Shown here: piece by piece, positions 50,630-60,770 of the stretch | Numbering within the stretch: position 1 is the first letter of the stretch | Layout of the letters: each line of letters starts with the position of its first letter | Source: an uncultured delta proteobacterium | GTDB lineage: Bacteria > Desulfobacterota > BSN033 > UBA1163 | NCBI GenBank assembly: GCA_963827685.1 | Contig: CAWHBU010000004.1 | Span: 640,001-704,000, forward strand | Length of the DNA: 64,000 nucleotides | Reading direction: 5' to 3' | Translations under genes and position numbers: made by a program | Notes under the pieces: generated by a model | What the model was told of the DNA's origin: nothing | The model's database searches: none | The model's input: the letters and a program-made list of their open reading frames with translations, nothing else

Positions 50630-52285
50630 TTATCCCCCAGCTACTTTCTTTTCTAACCCTGCTTTCAGGACTTTTTTATCCACTTTGCCTGAGTCTCCCA
50701 CGATAGGAAGGGATTCTAAGATTTCGAATCGCTCAGGTAGCTTATAAGCAGCCAGTTTCCTCTCCTTTAAGAAAGAGATCATCTCATCCTTCGTAAAAGT
50801 TTCCCGGGGCTTGACAACTACGAAAGCACAGGCCCGTTCCCCCATCTCCTTATCAGGATATCCGATGATGGCCACGTTTGCCACTTTTGGATGTTCGTTA
50901 AGAATCCCCTCTATCTCTGCAGGGTAAATATTTTGTCCACCCCTGATGATCATATCTTTTGCCCTACCCATGATCCAGAGAAACCCTTCTTCTGACTTCA
51001 CAATGTCTCCTGTAGTTGTCCAGCCATCTTTATCAAATACCTGGGCTGTTGCCTCAGGGTCACGGTAATATCCTGCTGGTCCATGGGGACCTCTGAACCA
51101 CAACGTCCCAGCCTCTCCCTCAGGCACCTCCTTTCCATCATCATCTAATAGCCTCACTTTATTGCCTGGTAACATTCTCCCTACGGTTCTCCTCCTTATC
51201 TCTCCAGGGTCATCTACGCTGCAACCAGAAACAGACCCTACATCCTGCGTCCCGAGGTCGCTTGTGATGATCGCCTTATATCTCTTTTCTGCCTCCTCCG
51301 CAACTTGAGGGGATAGATACCCGCCCGCTGAACGTATAAACCGTAAAGAACTCAAATCATACTTTTTCTCATCTACTTCAAGCATCCTTATCAGGTGGGT
51401 TGGCACAACCCCAATAGCAGTGACTTTCTCCTTCTCAATAAGGGCAAGTGCACCTTCAGGGTCAAACTCCTCCATCAGCACAGTTTTTGCTCCTACCAGA
51501 GGTGCTGCAAAGTAGGTAAGGGTTCCTGCTGCTCCACCTGCATGGGGAGCAATAGCGAGTGTTACGTCGTCCTTCGTCAATTTCCAAATATCCACTCTTG
51601 CCTTAGAGGTGCAAATTCTCGGTGCGATGGGCCATTCCACCAGTTTGGGAAGACCAGTCGTCCCTGTGGTGCTGGTAAGCAATCCTACATCCGAATAGGC
51701 ATTGAATCTTTTCTTATTGAGGATGGAAAGTTTTGATTTGTTCACAGGTTGATTCGCAAGCTTAATGATGGAGAATGTCCCTTCCGGGGCAGAAGCAGGA
51801 ATCTCCTCCTCAAAAAGGAAAAAATATTTAAGATAAGGTGATGTCTTTCTTAGCTCTTTATACATGTCAAGGTAATTGAATTTACGATAGATATGAGGAA
51901 TGGCAACTGCAACGGCCTCTGTCCTTTCAACCATAAAGGTGAGTTCTTTTTCCCTTAAATAGGGATACACTGTTAGAGAGATCAAACCTGCTCGTTCACA
52001 GGCAATACGGGCAATGAAGCCATAGACACTGTTGGGAGCCTGGATAATCATCCGCGAATCTTTTGGAATCCCCATCTTTACCCAGACATAGGCAAGATTG
52101 TCTACCAATCGTTTTACTTGAGCCCACGTAACTCTATAGCGGGAATCAACTAGAGCCTCTCGATCACCAATCTCACGAGCATTTTTTGCCCAGAAATCAT
52201 AAAAGACTTCGTCAGCCCAGTAGCCATCTCTCTTAAACTCCTTTATCATTTCGTCACCATACCTTATAGGTCTCATTTCATTCAC
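50630..52285 (-). CDS. AMP-forming aryl/acyl-CoA ligase
   Basis: TSTTGTTGLPK, TGD, GRAKDMIIRGGQNIYP.EIE, SGKVDK. Confidence 0.88.
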   Translation of the reverse strand: MNEMRPIRYGDEMIKEFKRDGYWADEVFYDFWAKNAREIGDREALVDSRYRVTWAQVKRLVDNLAYVWVKMGIPKDSRMIIQAPNSVYGFIARIACERAGLISLTVYPYLREKELTFMVERTEAVAVAIPHIYRKFNYLDMYKELRKTSPYLKYFFLFEEEIPASAPEGTFSIIKLANQPVNKSKLSILNKKRFNAYSDVGLLTSTTGTTGLPKLVEWPIAPRICTSKARVDIWKLTKDDVTLAIAPHAGGAAGTLTYFAAPLVGAKTVLMEEFDPEGALALIEKEKVTAIGVVPTHLIRMLEVDEKKYDLSSLRFIRSAGGYLSPQVAEEAEKRYKAIITSDLGTQDVGSVSGCSVDDPGEIRRRTVGRMLPGNKVRLLDDDGKEVPEGEAGTLWFRGPHGPAGYYRDPEATAQVFDKDGWTTTGDIVKSEEGFLWIMGRAKDMIIRGGQNIYPAEIEGILNEHPKVANVAIIGYPDKEMGERACAFVVVKPRETFTKDEMISFLKERKLAAYKLPERFEILESLPIVGDSGKVDKKVLKAGLEKKVAGG

Positions 52286-52337
52286 CTCTTGTCATGAAAT
52301 TCCAATATCAACCGCAGTATCGGAGAAGGGCAGTTTT

Positions 52338-53759
52338 TTAACCTTCAAATCCATACTCTTTCCAGCGAGCCTTAACCTTTTTCACGATCTCTTCATCCAG
52401 TTTTATTTCAACCGGTTTTCGTTCCCATTCAAATGGAATACAGGCATCCATGATGATTCGCGAAACAATTTCTCTGGCATCAACGGGAAGGGCAGGATCA
52501 AGCGGGGTGGAACGCCCTCTCTTAATGATCTCTGTGCTCCGGTAAGGATCATAACGCATGGACAAGGCCCATAAGACCCTATCAATGTCATCGGCTCTGA
52601 TATCGTCATCCACTACAATGACCCCTTTCATGCCGTAGTGGCCTGTCGTGGTGGAGATGACTGCTGTGCCCACTTGCATGGAGTGGCCAGGGTACATCTG
52701 TTTGACAGATACGATTCCCCAGAATCTGCCGCCCGTTTCAGGGGGGATATATACAGACTGGATGCCCGGGACCTTCATATTCTCCAGGTCTGTCCAGAGG
52801 GTTGCTGTGCGGTTCAGAGATTGAATCATATGGGTATCGGTCACTGGTTTCCCTACAGAGGTGGACCAAAAGACTGGATTGTTCCGGTGGAGAATCCGCT
52901 TCACGTTCAGACAGGGCTTGGGCCACTCCTCCCCGGTCTTTCCAGAATAGTAACCAGTATATTCCCCAAAGGGTCCTTCTTGCCTGAATTTTTCAGGATC
53001 GGTCTCAATCTCACCCTCCAAGATAATTTCAGCCGTACTGGGAAGGGGAAGGCCGGTCAGGTCGCTTTTGATAACTTCACAGGGGGTTCCTCTTAAGGAT
53101 CCCACAATATCATATTCGCAGAGACCGGCAGAGACCAGAGTGCTCCCAGCAAGGAAGAGAAGGGGATCACCCCCAATCACCGCTGCTGCAGGCATTGTTT
53201 TTTTCATCTTCTGATATTTCTTCAACATGAAGTCAGCATGTTTCCCTTTGATGATCTGGACTCCTGCGGTCTTTTCATCCAAGACCTGCATTCGATAGGT
53301 TCCCAGATTGACCCAATCACTCTCAGGATCTTTAGTGATGACAAAGTGGGCTGTTCCAATAAAGCGGCCACCATCCATCGGATAGAATTTGGGTACAGGG
53401 AAGTTGAGGAGGTTGATATCACGCCCTTGGATGATCTTCTCTGTAATTGGCCCGGTTTTGACCTCCACACGCGGGATTAATTTTTTGGTCGTCAGTTCCA
53501 TCCATCTCTTTGCCATGTCGTACATTGAAAAATGGAGTGGCATTCCGAGAGCAATGGCCAGACGCTTTGGTGAGGTTAAGGCGCTTGTCAGTAAAGGAAT
53601 CTGGTAGTCTTTCACTTTTTCGAAGAGAAGAGCTGGGCCCTTCTTCTCCTCGTTCAACTTCGCGATGTGGGAGAGTTCGAGATTCCAGTCGACTTCAGCC
53701 TTTATCCTCTTTAGTTCTCCTTCCTCTTCACACTTTTTTATAAAATCTCGAAGATCCAT
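52338..53759 (-). CDS. ppcB: Phenylphosphate carboxylase beta subunit (UbiD family)
   Basis: EVDWNLE.SH..KL.EEKKGPALLFE, EGPFGEYTGYY, RTATLW, GRFW, YGMKGVI.VD.DI, KRGRSTPLDP, as recalled for PpcB-type proteins. Confidence 0.85.
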   Translation of the reverse strand: MDLRDFIKKCEEEGELKRIKAEVDWNLELSHIAKLNEEKKGPALLFEKVKDYQIPLLTSALTSPKRLAIALGMPLHFSMYDMAKRWMELTTKKLIPRVEVKTGPITEKIIQGRDINLLNFPVPKFYPMDGGRFIGTAHFVITKDPESDWVNLGTYRMQVLDEKTAGVQIIKGKHADFMLKKYQKMKKTMPAAAVIGGDPLLFLAGSTLVSAGLCEYDIVGSLRGTPCEVIKSDLTGLPLPSTAEIILEGEIETDPEKFRQEGPFGEYTGYYSGKTGEEWPKPCLNVKRILHRNNPVFWSTSVGKPVTDTHMIQSLNRTATLWTDLENMKVPGIQSVYIPPETGGRFWGIVSVKQMYPGHSMQVGTAVISTTTGHYGMKGVIVVDDDIRADDIDRVLWALSMRYDPYRSTEIIKRGRSTPLDPALPVDAREIVSRIIMDACIPFEWERKPVEIKLDEEIVKKVKARWKEYGFEG

Positions 53760-53866
53760 AAAAACCTCCTTCTTTCCGATATTTAGGCATCTTAAATTAT
53801 TATTTTAATTAATCCTCTTGTCAATTCACTTATCTTTATGTATAAATAACTTGAGGTTATAGGAAA

Positions 53867-54787
53867 ATGGAGAATAGAAGCCCTTTAAATACTTCGTTGA
53901 ATTCTCTTCTTGTCTTCCATCAGGTAGCGAAATTTAGAAGCTTCTCCAGGGCCGCAGAGGAGTTATTTATCTCCCAACCTGCCGTGTCCAAACATATCAA
54001 AGAGCTGGAACAGAAGATAGGTATGGGTCTTATCCGAAGGGGAAGTGGGGGATTTGACCTGACTGAAGCAGGGGGGATCCTCTTCAAACATACCCATAAT
54101 ATTTCTTCCCATCTCCTGGAGATTGAAAATGCCCTGGGCAATCTAAAAAAAGACCGTCACGGTGTTTTGAAGATTGGGACCACGGAGTCCTATTCGAAAT
54201 GTTTGATGCCGGAACTCCTTTCTGGATTTCAGACCTTTTATCCTTCCATTAAAATCACCCTGGAAGTGGGAAACTCTGAGGAGATTGAAAAGAGCCTCCT
54301 CGATTACAAAAACGACCTCGGCTTAATCGGAGCGGTCAAGGCATCCTCAAAATTTGAATTGGTTCCCTTCTTAAGGGAGGAACTCGTCCTCATTGTTTCG
54401 CCCAACGATCCCCTTGTCAAAAGAAAAGCAGTTTCTCTGAAGGAGATTAAAGGATATCCCTTCATCGTTCGTGCAAAGGGTTCGACAACCCGTAGAATCT
54501 TATTCCACGCCTTTAAAGAGTTCGATATTCACCCCTCTCTATTGATTGAAGCAGGCAGCTCCGAATTTATCAAACAATGGGTTTCAGAGGGGAAGGGGGT
54601 GTCTGTTATTGTTAAAAGGTCAGGGGAAGATGAGGAGAAGAGAGGGACGATTAAGATGATCCCGTTGCTGGAGAAGCTCTACCTTGAAGTAGCCGTCCTC
54701 TATTTGAAAGAGGAACGGGCTAACCCCGTCATCAAAGCCTTCATTCAATATATGGAAAACAAGAGGAGAGATTTTTCCCAAGTTTAA
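53867..54787 (+). CDS. LysR-family transcriptional regulator
   Basis: SFSRAAEELFISQPAVS; ATAAC-N5-GTTAT box just upstream. Confidence 0.92.
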   Translation: MENRSPLNTSLNSLLVFHQVAKFRSFSRAAEELFISQPAVSKHIKELEQKIGMGLIRRGSGGFDLTEAGGILFKHTHNISSHLLEIENALGNLKKDRHGVLKIGTTESYSKCLMPELLSGFQTFYPSIKITLEVGNSEEIEKSLLDYKNDLGLIGAVKASSKFELVPFLREELVLIVSPNDPLVKRKAVSLKEIKGYPFIVRAKGSTTRRILFHAFKEFDIHPSLLIEAGSSEFIKQWVSEGKGVSVIVKRSGEDEEKRGTIKMIPLLEKLYLEVAVLYLKEERANPVIKAFIQYMENKRRDFSQV

Positions 54788-55124
54788 AATAATTGCCCCC
54801 AACTTATCTAAAAGAGATAACTTAAATTTATAGCCATATAATAAAAAATCCATTGACAAAACCCTATTGAGATAGATAATGAGCCATATGGGTTTTTAAG
54901 TACACCAATTACTGAAATTACTCCATCCATTCAAAATAACTCAAGATATTCGTTCTGTTAAAGGGAGGTCATCGCTACTTTTTTTCAGACACAAACCCGA
55001 AAGAGGAAGTAATAACACGATGGTAATGAGAAGGAGGTGATGAGGGAATTATTTGTTTTTAAAGGTATTTTTTTATTTAGACGTCGTCTTTCAATTATTA
55101 AATAGAAAGGAAGGAGGTGCAACA

Positions 55125-56972
55125 ATGGCTCAGAAGAAAGGTTTTCCAATGCCGATGGAAGTGAAGTATCCAAAAGAATTGGAAGGTTGGGAGGAGATGT
55201 ATCCATCACACTATCTCTTCTCCAAGGAAAGGGCGGAATGGGAAAACAGACAATTCTGGTATCAGGACAAGATACATGACCCGGAACCTATGCCTCCTCT
55301 TGACCTGATATTCCATGAGGCGTGGCAGATATCTCTCTCCCAGTACACTACCCGGGTATTTTGTATACCCCCGGCGCAAGGTATCGCCCAGAGAATGGTC
55401 GGTTGTTACATGTTTATCGCTCCCGTGGAGCCACCGCCGCCGGAGGTCATTGAAGAGAAAGCTAAGCTGTTTGGAAAGCGGGCCTTCTACATATTCGAGC
55501 ACTATGATGAGCTGTGGGAGAAATGGCTTAATAAGTTTCAGGCACTGGGCAGAGAAATGGCGGATGTGAAAGTGCCTGAAGAATTACCCAAATACGTTCC
55601 TGAAGAGCTGGTTTTGCCCGCTCCAAAAGGCTATTACGCCTCGTATGAGCTAATGGAGGCTTTCAACACGCTGGTAGATCAAATGTTTAAGGGCTGGCAG
55701 TATCACTTCGAGATGCTAAACCTGACCTACCTGGCCTACCTGATGTTTGCTGACGTAGCCAGGAAGCTTTTTCCGGGGATAAGCGAGAGTTCTATCGGCA
55801 AGATGGTGTCTGGTGCTGAAGTATCCATGTTCCGCCCTGAGGAGGAGCTCTGCCGGCTGTCAAGGCTAGCGGCTTCCTATCGCAGTGTAGGTGACATCAT
55901 TAAAAGTGATGCATCCGCTGAGCAAAAGATAGCGGGACTCAGAAAGACAGAGGATGGGAAAAAGTGGCTTGCTGAGATGGAAAAGATCAAAAACCCGTGG
56001 TTTTACATATCATGCGGAAGCGGATGGTTCTTTTACGAGGGGAGCTGGCTTACCAAAATGGACATCCCTTTTAACTATATGAAGAGCTACGTCGAGAGGC
56101 TGGGCAAGGGAGAGAAGATAGAGAGGTCACTGGAAGGGATAAGTCAGAAAAGGGATGAGATTGTTGCCGAGTACAGAAAATTGATTAAGTCCGACGAAGA
56201 TAAGAAATCGTTCGAGGATGCTTATAAGACGGTCAGGGGAATATACCGGTTTGCTGAAGACCACCTTTTCTGGGTGGAGCACTGGTTGCATACCATATGG
56301 TGGCAGAAGATAAGGGACATCGGAAAAGTCTTCGTTAAGCAGGGAATGTTGAAGGAAGTAGATGATATATTTATGTTTAATAGATTTGAAGTGCCCGAGC
56401 TGATAGAGGAGCTGGTCATCGCATGGGCCCTGGGTGAAGGTGTCCCTCTGAGAGGCAAGTACTATATGGACAAGGCAGAGAAGCGGAAGAGGATACTTGA
56501 GGCAGCCAGGAAGTGGAACCCGACACCGGCTCTGGGCGTCCCGCCTGAAGAGGTTGCCGAACCCTTTACGGTGATGTTATGGGGAATTACAACGGAGAAA
56601 GTTCAAGAATGGCTAAAAGGGATGGCCGTTGTTCCAACAGAGGTGACCGAACTGAAAGGATTTGCTTCATCTGCAGGGGTCGTCGAAGGAAAGGTGAGGG
56701 TTGTTAAACATCTTGACGATCTCACCAAGATCGAACAGGGTGAAATACTGGTTTGCCCGACGACCAATCCGGCCTGGGCTCCTATCTTCACCAAAATCAA
56801 AGCCTCCGTCACGGACATCGGCGGTCTGACCTGCCATGCCGCTATTGTATGCAGGGAATATGGAGTCCCATCGGTGACCGGTACAGGAATCGCTACTTCC
56901 GTCCTGAAGACGGGGGATACCGTAAAGGTTGACGGTAACACTGGGATAGTAAAAATATTGAAGCGGGCATAG
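55125..56972 (+). CDS. ppsA: Phenylphosphate synthase subunit A (set 1)
   Basis: EGWEEMYP.HY.F, WQYHFE.LNL.Y.AY, HLFWVEHW.H, EPFTV.LWG.T, phospho-His CHAAIVCREYG; ATG 55125 after AGGAGG. Confidence 0.85.
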   Translation: MAQKKGFPMPMEVKYPKELEGWEEMYPSHYLFSKERAEWENRQFWYQDKIHDPEPMPPLDLIFHEAWQISLSQYTTRVFCIPPAQGIAQRMVGCYMFIAPVEPPPPEVIEEKAKLFGKRAFYIFEHYDELWEKWLNKFQALGREMADVKVPEELPKYVPEELVLPAPKGYYASYELMEAFNTLVDQMFKGWQYHFEMLNLTYLAYLMFADVARKLFPGISESSIGKMVSGAEVSMFRPEEELCRLSRLAASYRSVGDIIKSDASAEQKIAGLRKTEDGKKWLAEMEKIKNPWFYISCGSGWFFYEGSWLTKMDIPFNYMKSYVERLGKGEKIERSLEGISQKRDEIVAEYRKLIKSDEDKKSFEDAYKTVRGIYRFAEDHLFWVEHWLHTIWWQKIRDIGKVFVKQGMLKEVDDIFMFNRFEVPELIEELVIAWALGEGVPLRGKYYMDKAEKRKRILEAARKWNPTPALGVPPEEVAEPFTVMLWGITTEKVQEWLKGMAVVPTEVTELKGFASSAGVVEGKVRVVKHLDDLTKIEQGEILVCPTTNPAWAPIFTKIKASVTDIGGLTCHAAIVCREYGVPSVTGTGIATSVLKTGDTVKVDGNTGIVKILKRA

Positions 56973-56979
56973 AAATCTG

Positions 56980-57037
56980 AAAATCGGAATGTGGAATGCG
57001 GAGTTTTTAAAAATTGAAATTCCGTATTCCGCATTCT
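56980..57037. repeat. Heptamer inverted repeat (GGAATGC / TTCCGCA)
   Basis: cggaatgtggaatgcggag .. ttccgtattccgcattc. Confidence 0.7.
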
Positions 57038-57053
57038 ATAAGTGGAGTTCATT

Positions 57054-58121
57054 ATGCCATATACGGTATGGTTTGAAAAAGCTGGGAAAGAGGCTGTCGG
57101 ATTAGTAGGAGGTAAGAATGCCAGCCTGGGGGAGTTGATCAAAGCCGGCATCCCAGTGCCCCCAGGCTTTTCTATCACGACAGAGGCTTATCATGATTTT
57201 TTGAGTGAAGGTGGCATGAAAGAGAAGATCCAAAAGATCTTATCCCAAATTACCCTTGAAGATGTCGCCTCTTTGGAAGAGGCGAGCAAGACCATTTATG
57301 AACTGATCAGGATAACACCCCTATCAAAAGAGTTAGGGGAGGCCATCACTTCTAATTATCAAACCCTGGCTCAAGTGTGCGATGTCATCAATATCCCTGT
57401 TGCAGTCCGTTCCAGCGCTACCGCTGAGGATTTACCTGGAGCAAGTTTTGCTGGACAGCAAGATACCTTTCTTTGGGTGAGAGGTTGTGACGAACTTCTG
57501 AAAAAAGCTAAATCATGCATGGCGAGTCTGTTCACGTCTCGAGCCATTTCTTACCGGATCAAAATGGGGTTTCCTCATGAAAAGGTATTAATCAGCGTTG
57601 GTGTCCAGAAGATCGTGGATGCCAAAGCAGCAGGAGTGATGTTCACCCTAAATCCAACCAATGGAGATCCATCCAAAGTGGTCATTGAAGCGAATTGGGG
57701 ATTAGGAGAAACGGTAGTTTCAGGGACAGTGAATCCTGATAAATTTGTCGTGGATAAGGTCACCTCGGAGATAGAAAGAATGCTTTCCGTGAAAGAATGT
57801 GAATGTATCTACGATCCTGTGAGAGGGGGCGTGATGCATGTGGATACTCCTCCTGACCGGCGGGAAATCCCATGCATTGAAGACCAAGAAATCATTGAAC
57901 TGGCGAGATATGCAAAAAGAGTAGAAGAATATTACGGGTGTCCTCAGGACATCGAATGGGCCATTGACCAGCAAAGGCCCTTTCCTTTTAACATTTTCAT
58001 GGTTCAAAGCCGACCGGAAACCGTGTGGAGCCAGCGGAAAAAGGAGCCAGTCCTCGGAAAGAAAAGTGCTTACGAACTTCTGATGGAAAAGGCGTTGACC
58101 CGAATAAAAGTTAATTATTAA
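57054..58121 (+). CDS. ppsB: Phenylphosphate synthase subunit B (set 1)
   Basis: VGGKNASLGE, VAVRSSATAEDLPGASFAGQQDT, WGLGE, QSRPETVWS. Confidence 0.85.
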   Translation: MPYTVWFEKAGKEAVGLVGGKNASLGELIKAGIPVPPGFSITTEAYHDFLSEGGMKEKIQKILSQITLEDVASLEEASKTIYELIRITPLSKELGEAITSNYQTLAQVCDVINIPVAVRSSATAEDLPGASFAGQQDTFLWVRGCDELLKKAKSCMASLFTSRAISYRIKMGFPHEKVLISVGVQKIVDAKAAGVMFTLNPTNGDPSKVVIEANWGLGETVVSGTVNPDKFVVDKVTSEIERMLSVKECECIYDPVRGGVMHVDTPPDRREIPCIEDQEIIELARYAKRVEEYYGCPQDIEWAIDQQRPFPFNIFMVQSRPETVWSQRKKEPVLGKKSAYELLMEKALTRIKVNY

Positions 58122-58246
58122 ATATATTGGTTAAGGAAGTCTAAATCGCTGTAGTTTATTTAGATAAAGGATCATTAGAAATCAATTAACCATTTTTGAA
58201 ATGTTGGGGAGATAAAGTCTTTTCGACATGGAAGGAGGTAACTTTT

Positions 58247-59359
58247 ATGGGAAATGAAAAACCACCAAAAAAGATCGGCATCGGTCCCCTCGGAAGAGGG
58301 GGAGGACTCATTCAATTCATCGTTTTCGCTATCGTCGGGATTGTCATATTCGTCTACTGCATCTCTCCAGCATCTATCGTTTTGACACTCATCCCTGCCA
58401 CACTCATTATGCTCATCGTCCTCGGCCATTTAGTACTTTTGGGCGATAATTGGCCGTGGGCACCCCCAGCGGGAAATTGGACGCCTGCCAAATCGCGTTT
58501 CATTGCGGGAATTGGGATGACCATCATCTGGGCCATTTTTACTTTCGCTGTGTTACTGTTCATGAGATTCATCTATCCCCAATGGCCAATAGGCCCACTT
58601 TATCTTTGGTTTGGGGTCATCGGGTTCTGGGCTACCCTCCTTTATGGGGTAAACTGGGGGGGATGGCCTTTTAAAGGGAAAGTCCATCCCTGGGGAATGA
58701 TGGCAATCAGTTTCATTATTGTCATGGTCGTTTCTATCCTCATCTGGAATTTCTTAACCAATCTTGATGGGACACCTCTTGCGGATACTCCGATCAATCA
58801 TAAGGGGCCCCTCAATGTGAACTGGTTAACAGGATACCTGGTCTGGGCAATTGCCTGGTTCTTTGTCTTTAGCCCTGTCTTCACTACCCAAGGTTGGCCC
58901 TTTGCCAAATGGGGACATCCTGGGGCAGCCATTGGTCAGACTATCCTTGCTCACATTTTGGGCTACATCTTCTGGAGCGGAAGTCTGGCTCTGGGTATTA
59001 GCCCAACCTTCTCGTTTGCCGCTTTGGGCTCATCCCTTATATTTTGGCCTCTGGTTCACTCCTGGCATCTCCAGTTCTGGGGGCTCACGAAATACACCTT
59101 CTATAAAAGGGCAATTTCGGCATTCATTCTCCAGTGCATCATCATCGCTATCTGGCTTATCATCATAAGGCCGATCCTTGGCCCTGCTGCCGAGGCCGTA
59201 GCAGCTGCGAAACTTCCAGCCGATGTAAACGTCCTCGTCATCTACCTTAACCTTTGTGTTATGGGTCCGGCACTCATTGCACACAACGCCTTCTGGTTGA
59301 GATGGCCACTGACACTTCCCAATCCACCAGGAACTCCGCCCCCTGATCAAGCTGTCTAA
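58247..59359 (+). CDS. Polytopic Trp/Pro-rich membrane protein, candidate transporter
   Basis: About 10 hydrophobic segments with repeated G(N/G)WP(F/W) motifs; follows ppsAB. Confidence 0.7.
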   Translation: MGNEKPPKKIGIGPLGRGGGLIQFIVFAIVGIVIFVYCISPASIVLTLIPATLIMLIVLGHLVLLGDNWPWAPPAGNWTPAKSRFIAGIGMTIIWAIFTFAVLLFMRFIYPQWPIGPLYLWFGVIGFWATLLYGVNWGGWPFKGKVHPWGMMAISFIIVMVVSILIWNFLTNLDGTPLADTPINHKGPLNVNWLTGYLVWAIAWFFVFSPVFTTQGWPFAKWGHPGAAIGQTILAHILGYIFWSGSLALGISPTFSFAALGSSLIFWPLVHSWHLQFWGLTKYTFYKRAISAFILQCIIIAIWLIIIRPILGPAAEAVAAAKLPADVNVLVIYLNLCVMGPALIAHNAFWLRWPLTLPNPPGTPPPDQAV

Positions 59360-59367
59360 AAATAATG

Positions 59368-59404
59368 AGCCCTGGGAGGACCCTCCCAGGGCTTGATTTC
59401 TTTT
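59368..59404. terminator. Terminator hairpin between convergent genes
   Basis: AGCCCTGGGAGG / CCTCCCAGGGCT followed by T-rich tract. Confidence 0.7.
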
Positions 59405-59421
59405 AGGCAGTATTAATTGGT

Positions 59422-60640
59422 TTAAGGCCGATGGAACCGTATCATATTATCTAAAACTTCCACTGCTCTTAGCGCAAAAGCAGGGTCACTGATATGAACG
59501 TCCATCTCTTCAATAGGGATGTTAGGGTTGATGAGCTTTCTCAATTCTTCTACAAAAATCTGGTCCGTCTTTGGATCATAAAGCTCCATTCCAGCTTTGT
59601 CAGCTTCAGACCAACCTTTCTTGGGGATCAGGACATAGGCCGGTCCCTTTGATCTGTTCAATTTTTCTCCAATGATGTAAGCAAATTTTTTCATCTCTTC
59701 AGGTCCCATACGGACACAGAATCGGATATCATGGGAATGTATCTTTCTCCCTTTTAGTTGGTCTGGCATAGGATAAAAAGGACTGAATACGGCATTATCG
59801 AGCCCCTCCTGGCACAACCACTTGAGGGATTCCGAACTGCCCTGCGGTTTCCAACCGCATGGGACCGATCCCTTTGCAATATCCTCCAAACATTTCATCT
59901 GCTATCTCATGAGTAGTAAAATCAAGCACACCAGCAACCAGGCCTTCAGCAATGAATTCTTCCATGGCCATTCCACCGATTCCATTGGCGTGAAAAGCAA
60001 TCATTTCATATCCTCTTTCTCGAAGGAGAGATTCCGCCTGCATTGCACAAACTGAATTGATGCCGTAGGCTGTCACAGCAACCATGGGGTTTTCTTTTTT
60101 TATCACGCTTCCTTTTTCTATCATTCCGCCTATGGCATAAGCGGCTTGTCCCAGCATCAGACGCATAAATTCATTGGAACCCAAAATATCTGCTACCGAA
60201 TGGAACATGACAATATCTTTCGTTCCGATATATTCCCTGATATCTCTGGAGGCCACTGTGGAAAGTACCACCTTGGGCAGGCCGAAAGGAAGGGAACGCA
60301 TAATATGGGTTACGATCGCTGTTCCTGTTCCGCCTCCCATCCCAAATACCCCATGGAGTTTGCCTTTTTCAAAGAGTTCTCTTGCCAAGATAGCCCCGCC
60401 TTCTTGGACGGCTTTAATAGCGAGAGAACGATTTTTTTCTTTGATTAAATGTTCCCAATGATACCCGGCAGCCTCCATCACCTCGACTCGATGGATATCC
60501 GGATGGGTGAGAGGTTCTCCCAAAGTTCCGATATCCATCAGGATAGGATGTATACCGAGTTTTTGTGCGCAATCCTTTACATAAGCTGCTTCGTTTCCCT
60601 TTGTATCCAAAGTGGCAATGATGAGCAGTTGTTTTTTCAT
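59422..60640 (-). CDS. UPF0261 / Tm-1-like protein with apparent +1 frameshift at 59803-59806
   Basis: ATLDTKG.E, GMGGGTGT, FHANGIGG.AME; VVPGG joins LDNAVF..PKKGWS if one G is removed. Confidence 0.83.
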
Positions 60641-60770
60641 TTTTATCTTTTCCCAGTATTTCCCAAACTAAAGGAGGTTACATTAATTTATCAGGACTTG
60701 CGCTATTTTTCAATTTTTTCTATTGAAATTTTTTCGGAGGGAAGATATCCTTTTGAGAGGAGGGCTGAAC

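Noticed and set aside
34035-58121. Pps pairs as split gluconeogenic PEP synthase
   Set aside because: No C-terminal pyruvate-binding barrel; architecture and UbiD/UbiX context fit aryl-phosphate synthases.
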